Assembly: GCA_964220215.1 (NCBI GenBank)
Contig: CAXPTH010000005.1
Location: forward strand, 1 to 36,179
DNA length: 36,179 nucleotides
Reading direction: 5' to 3'
Source of the DNA: Alteromonas sp.
GTDB lineage: Bacteria > Margulisbacteria > Marinamargulisbacteria > UBA6595
This document shows, in pieces, positions 31,120 through 36,179 of this stretch. A program made the position numbers and the translations under genes. Under the pieces are notes generated by a model. The model did no database searches. It was not told where the DNA came from and saw only the letters and a list, made by a program, of their open reading frames with translations. The stretch's first letter is position 1. The number at the start of each line of letters is the position of its first letter.

Positions 31120-32277
31120 GTGACACCCCCCAGTTTCGTCACAGACACAACAATTGGCCTTTACATTCACATTCCGTTTTGTGAAAGCCTATGCCCGTAT
31201 TGCAATTTTTTCAAGCATCGCCATGATCCAACCCGTGATGCTCGAAGTCAGTTGGTTCAGGCTATTCAGCAGGAGCTAATCGCTTACCAAACCCACTATC
31301 CAGATCTAACGATTCAGTCCATATATTTCGGCGGTGGAACCCCCAGTACCCTACTGCCCGAACACTGGCTAACCCTGCTCAATCAGATTCAATCCGCGTG
31401 GCCGCTGGCCAATACTTGCGAACGGACTATTGAAATGGATCCTCTCCACATTACCCCCGATTGGTTGGCGGCTTTGAAAAAACAGGGCCCTATGCGCGTG
31501 AGTATGGGGGCTCAGTCCAGTGACGCAGCCGTGTTGAAGCACTTGGGGCGTCGCCATACCTGGTCCGATGTGGTGGCCGCCGTGGGACGTATCCGGTCAC
31601 TAAGCACGGTATCAATTGGGTTGGATTTAATGTTCGGCATGCCCCAGCTAACGCCCCAGCGATTGGCCGGTGTCTTGAATGATTACGTGCAATTGGGGAT
31701 TGATCATGTATCCACCTATGGGCTGACCCTAGAACCCGGAACCCCCTTTTACGCAACACAAACCACCCGGTCGGATGATGCCATGGCGGATGATTACGAT
31801 CAAATCTTTCATGCGTTAACAGCGGCGGGCTTTGAGTGGTACGAGCGCTCCGCCTTTGCGAAACCCGGGCACGCATCCATTCACAACCAAGGCTACTGGC
31901 AATTTCGTCCCTATTTGGGCGTGGGACCCAGTGCCCATTCATTTTTCCAAGGCCAACGATTTCGCACTATCAGTCAATTCCAAGCCTACTGCCAATCTCC
32001 CGTGCGCTCAGTACCCAAACGTCCCATCGACTACAGGGCTCGGTTTGAGGAATGGCTCATGGTGGGCCTACGGACCCGAGCCGGGGTGAGCCTGGCTCAG
32101 GGTCAGCAGTGGTTTGGGATTAATTTGGAAGAAAATTCGAGTGTTATCGAGTTGATTCAATCGGCGTTATTGGCATTGGAACACGGACGTCTGGTCGCTA
32201 CTTATTCGGGAATGCACGTACTGGATGCGGTGGTCGAACAAATCGTATTCAAAGCCGAACCCGTTTCAAAACCTTGA
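31120..32277 (+). CDS. hemW: Radical SAM heme chaperone HemW (HemN-like)
   Basis: LYIHIPFCESLCPYCNF, YFGGGTPS, HNQGYW motif. Confidence 0.88.
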   Translation: MTPPSFVTDTTIGLYIHIPFCESLCPYCNFFKHRHDPTRDARSQLVQAIQQELIAYQTHYPDLTIQSIYFGGGTPSTLLPEHWLTLLNQIQSAWPLANTCERTIEMDPLHITPDWLAALKKQGPMRVSMGAQSSDAAVLKHLGRRHTWSDVVAAVGRIRSLSTVSIGLDLMFGMPQLTPQRLAGVLNDYVQLGIDHVSTYGLTLEPGTPFYATQTTRSDDAMADDYDQIFHALTAAGFEWYERSAFAKPGHASIHNQGYWQFRPYLGVGPSAHSFFQGQRFRTISQFQAYCQSPVRSVPKRPIDYRARFEEWLMVGLRTRAGVSLAQGQQWFGINLEENSSVIELIQSALLALEHGRLVATYSGMHVLDAVVEQIVFKAEPVSKP

Positions 32278-32313
32278 CCAACCGCTTTTGTATCCCATAT
32301 CATAAAGATCATT

Positions 32314-32781
32314 ATGGATTTTCAAAAAATAAAACGCATTATAAAAATGGTTGAAGAAGCCGATATTGCTTCTTTAAAAATATCATCCGATGACAGCACC
32401 ATAGAGGTGACAAAAGCGACACAAGTTGTGGCCCAAGCCCCCAATGTGGTGACGACTGTTCAAGCCCAAGCACCTACAGTCTCGGCAGCCCCCGTTGCCG
32501 TCCAAGCGGAGCCAGAGGGTGTGGCTGATTCCGTGGATGATGGCGATATTGTCATCGAGTCACCCATGGTTGGTACCGTGTATTTGGCACCAAAACCGGA
32601 AGAAGATAACTTTGTATCTGTTGGCCAGACGGTTAGCAAAGGCGCAGTGCTGTGTTTGGTTGAAGCCATGAAATTATTTAATGAAATCGAGTCGGAGGTA
32701 TCCGGTTCTGTGACAAAAGTTTTGGTTGAAAATGGGCAAACTGTTGAATATGGTCAACCGTTGTTCGCCATTAAGCCATAG
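32314..32781 (+). CDS. accB: Acetyl-CoA carboxylase biotin carboxyl carrier protein
   Basis: Ala/Pro linker, [14 protein letters not shown] biotinylation motif. Confidence 0.96.
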   Translation: MDFQKIKRIIKMVEEADIASLKISSDDSTIEVTKATQVVAQAPNVVTTVQAQAPTVSAAPVAVQAEPEGVADSVDDGDIVIESPMVGTVYLAPKPEEDNFVSVGQTVSKGAVLCLVEAMKLFNEIESEVSGSVTKVLVENGQTVEYGQPLFAIKP

Positions 32782-32810
32782 TTTTGTCTGATACCCGTGA
32801 GCCGCAGTCT

Positions 32811-34529
32811 ATGGCTCAGTTCGATACGGTAACAACGCCGTCTCAGCCAGTTTGGCGGATTCAGGAACAGTCCGAGTCGGTGTGTCAAAAATTAGGTGAG
32901 GCGGTGTCCGTGGATTCGGTTATTGCCCATGTGTTAATTAATCGGGGAGTACGGTCTGTTCAGGATGCCCAACAAGTTTTGGATATTCACAATTTGCCGG
33001 TTGCGTATTTTCCAGATGCGTGGGTTCAAACTGCCGTGAATGTTTTACAAGAATTACCAGCGGGCGCTAACATTTTAGTCTACGGGGATTATGATGTGGA
33101 TGGCATTACCTCGACCAGTGTGATGATTGCTGTTTTACAGGCCTTGGGCTTTAAGCCACAGTTTTATATTCCCGATCGCTTTAATGATGGATACGGCTTA
33201 ACGGATCGGGTGTATACGTTGGTCCAAGAGTGGGCACCGGCTGCATTAATTACATTGGATTGTGGGGTAACGAACGTGACGGAGTGTGCCTGGCTCAAAC
33301 AGCACAACCCCGCATTTAAAATTATGATTATTGATCACCACCAGGTGCCCGATCCGCAACCCCCTGCAGACTTGATTGTTGATCCAAAGCTATTGCCTGC
33401 CAATCATGGCTATTTTGATTTGTGCACCGTTGGAATTGTCTACCATTTTTTTAATCAAGTATTCGCACACATGAATCAGACATCGCCGTTAAACGACTAT
33501 TTGGACTTGGTTGCCATTGGCACCGTGGCGGATGTGGCGCAGTTATCGCCGATGAATCGGGCCTTAGTCCAACAAGGGCTTAAGCAAATGCGGCACACCA
33601 ACCGATTGGGCTTGCGGGCATTGATGCGTGCAGCAGGACTGGAGCCAGGGGAGCCGGTGACCAGTCGGGATATTGGGTTTGGGGTGGCGCCATTGTTAAA
33701 TGCAGCCGGTCGCTTGGCCAATGCTACCCTATGTGTGGACTTGATGACGGCGACCCAGCCCGATGTGGCCGAAGCGTTAGCCACTAAATTAACACGGCTA
33801 AACCAAGAGCGACGGACAATAACCCAGACCATTACGGACGAGGCTATTGCGTATTTAGAAGAAAATCCCGATGCCTTGAGCAGCCCCGTGCTGGTGGTAT
33901 CGGGCCGCAATTGGCATCCGGGTGTCATTGGTATTGTGGCTGCTCGAATCACCGATCGGTACCATCGGCCTAGTTTGGTTGTTGGGTATGACGATACCGA
34001 AGCGAGAGGGTCCGCACGGAGCATTGAACGGGTGAATGTGTATCAGCTAATTAAAGCCAATGATCAGTATTTGACCAAATTTGGGGGGCATCATCAAGCG
34101 GCTGGATTTAGTTTAGAGACGGCTCGGTTGGCCGAGTTTCATGCGGCTATGATTACGCATGCCAACCAGGTACTATCTGCGGACGACTTGCGGCCCATTG
34201 TTCACATTGACGCCAAGTTGCCGCCGGATCGAATCAATCATGATTTTTATCGCCAATTGCAGCGGCTATCGCCCTTTGGGCCCAGCAATCCAGAACCCCT
34301 GTTTGTGGCTGAATTGCGTGTGATAGAGGCTCGAATTTTAAAAGATAAGCATTTGAAAGTTCGCTTATACGATGATGCGACACGGGTGGTTGTGGATGGC
34401 ATTGGGTTTGATTTAGCGGATCGATTGCCAGCGGTTCAAAAATCCCATTGCTCGGTTGCGTTTCATTTGCAAACCAACACTTGGCAAGGGCGAACCAACA
34501 TGCAATTAATGATCCAGGACGTTCGATAA
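32811..34529 (+). CDS. recJ: Single-stranded DNA exonuclease RecJ
   Basis: GDYDVDG, LDCG, DHH, GTVADV, GGH..AAG, PFGPSNPEP; start uncertain (32784 or 32811). Confidence 0.95.
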   Translation: MAQFDTVTTPSQPVWRIQEQSESVCQKLGEAVSVDSVIAHVLINRGVRSVQDAQQVLDIHNLPVAYFPDAWVQTAVNVLQELPAGANILVYGDYDVDGITSTSVMIAVLQALGFKPQFYIPDRFNDGYGLTDRVYTLVQEWAPAALITLDCGVTNVTECAWLKQHNPAFKIMIIDHHQVPDPQPPADLIVDPKLLPANHGYFDLCTVGIVYHFFNQVFAHMNQTSPLNDYLDLVAIGTVADVAQLSPMNRALVQQGLKQMRHTNRLGLRALMRAAGLEPGEPVTSRDIGFGVAPLLNAAGRLANATLCVDLMTATQPDVAEALATKLTRLNQERRTITQTITDEAIAYLEENPDALSSPVLVVSGRNWHPGVIGIVAARITDRYHRPSLVVGYDDTEARGSARSIERVNVYQLIKANDQYLTKFGGHHQAAGFSLETARLAEFHAAMITHANQVLSADDLRPIVHIDAKLPPDRINHDFYRQLQRLSPFGPSNPEPLFVAELRVIEARILKDKHLKVRLYDDATRVVVDGIGFDLADRLPAVQKSHCSVAFHLQTNTWQGRTNMQLMIQDVR

Positions 34530-34530
34530 A

Positions 34531-36155
34531 ATGCCACAATCAACCAGTGAATTAGAGCTACAGCATCTGTGGGAACAGTGTTTAAAACGAATGCGAGGCT
34601 ATCTAGACGCAGCAGCCATTGAGACCGTCAATCGGGCGTATGCCTTTGCCACCCATGCCCATGCGGGTCAAATGCGAAAGTCCGGGCGCCCTTATATTGT
34701 TCATCCGGTGCATGTGACGATCACATTGGCGGAATTGCGCCAAGATTACCAAACGTTGTGCGCCGGCCTCTTGCACGATACGTTGGAGGATTGTGCCGTT
34801 ACCCAAGCGGATTTAAGGCAACAGTTTGGTGATGAGGTGACCGTGCTGGTGGAGGGGGTGACCAATCTGGGCCGAATGTATTTTGGGACTCGGGCTCAGG
34901 CAGAGAATTTGCGAAAATTGTTTTTAGCTATGGCCAAAGATAGTCGGGTGGTTTTTATCAAATTGGCCGATCGTTTGCACAATATGCAAACGGTCCAGTT
35001 TTTATCGGAATCGGCTCAAAAACGCATGGCATTGGAAACCCAAGATATTTTTGCGCCATTGGCCCATCGATTGGGATTGTGGTCCATTAAATGGCAACTG
35101 CATGACTTGGCGTTTGCGACACTCGAACCCGCTATGTTTAACCAAATACAGCGCTTGGTTGTGGACACCCGCGATGCTCGAGAGGCGCACATTAAACTGC
35201 TTATTGATAAAATTAAGCAGCGGTTAGATCCGCTGGGGGTGTCGTATCGAATTACGGGTCGGCCCAAGCATATGTATAGTATTTACCAAAAATTAAAGCG
35301 TCGGGACATGGATTACACCCGGTTGCATGATGTGTTGGGGCTGCGCATTATTGTCAACACGATTCCAGAATGTTATACAATTTTGGGCCATGCGCATGAG
35401 TTGTTTAAGCCGATTCCAGGTCGATTTAAAGATTATATTGCGGTGCCCAAGCCCAATTTGTATCAATCGTTGCATACCTCTGTGGTGGATCACCGGGGCG
35501 TGCCCATTGAAATTCAAATTCGGACGGAACGCATGCATCAAATTGCAGAATATGGACTCGCGGCGCATTGGCACTACAAACTCAAAGATTCGCCAGAAAA
35601 AATTCCACAGCCACAAGCGAGCACACCGTTTTTGCAAGAATTGGTGGATTACAATGAACACACGCCGGTGAATCAAGACAATGCGGATCAATTTTTAGAT
35701 CATATTAAGTTGGATTTATTGGTGGATGAAGTGATGGTATTTACCCCAACTGGGGATGTCATTGCGTTGCCCCAGCATTCAACGCCCCTGGACTTTGCCT
35801 ATAAAATTCATACCGATGTGGGGCATACCTGTATTGGCGCCAAAGTGAACGATTGCATCGTGCCATTGCGCTACGAGCTTCAACATGGAGATCGGGTTGA
35901 AATCATGACCCAGTCCAGTAGCAAGCCAAAAAAAGATTGGTTGTCGATTGTGCAAACAGAACAGGCGCGCTATCGGATTCGGCAATGGTTTCGCCGGCAT
36001 GAGCCAGAGCCGACAGTCGTGGCGGATGATGCGGAGCCAGTGGTGGCCAAACCGAGGGAACTCCACATGTCCGAACGCAGTGTATCCGAGACCCCTCGAA
36101 TTTTATTATCCGGGCATCGCAGCATTGAGTTTCGATTGGCACAGTGTTGTGCCCC
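34531..36155 (+). CDS. spoT: Bifunctional (p)ppGpp synthetase/hydrolase Rel/SpoT, cut off by window end (missing from the ORF track)
   Basis: Hand translation: RKSGRPYIVHP, LLHDTLED, KLADRLHN, RPKHMYSI, RFKDYI, YQSLHT, EIQIRT, TGS domain, RLAQCC; no stop seen in the stretches translated. Confidence 0.95.
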
Positions 36156-36179
36156 AGATCGGAAGAGCACACGTCTGAA
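36156..36179 (+). other. Illumina TruSeq adapter read-through (artefact)
   Basis: AGATCGGAAGAGCACACGTCTGAA. Confidence 0.97.

Noticed and set aside
32314..32781. accB without adjacent accC
   Set aside because: Split acc genes are common
34603..36178. Several short ORFs listed in the track
   Set aside because: Shadows of the Rel/SpoT frame, which the track missed because it has no stop in the window

Overview
Bacterial chromosomal fragment, apparently a whole contig, since it ends in Illumina adapter sequence at 36156-36179. Positions 1-6446 look like the right arm of an integrative element abutting the 3' end of tRNA-Ser(TGA). This arm holds an AT-richer SIR2-HerA anti-phage operon bracketed by a pair of ~77-bp inverted repeats (52-bp core, 50/52 identical), then a stand-alone SLOG/DprA-like gene, a small mobile-element-type hypothetical gene, a 34-aa ORF containing a GC hairpin, and a large serine recombinase. 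Core genome follows: a complete alternative complex III operon (actABCDEFG) with SCO and an A2-type caa3 oxidase (coxBACD), in which actA and actD seem to need non-canonical starts (ATT, CTG). Next come trpD, a 16S rRNA gene with no tRNA or 23S after it, an AT-rich LysR/SnoaL pair, a DUF89 phosphatase, fumC, a GNAT, a small secreted protein with a T9SS-CTD-like tail, a 2Fe-2S ferredoxin, a degenerate ferrochelatase-like gene, serC, tRNA-Val(GAC) followed by a lone KAP NTPase, hemW, accB, recJ and a Rel/SpoT gene cut off by the window end. Host identity cannot be fixed without a 16S search. A Margulisbacteria-like lineage is a tentative guess from gene content only. No CRISPR array was seen.
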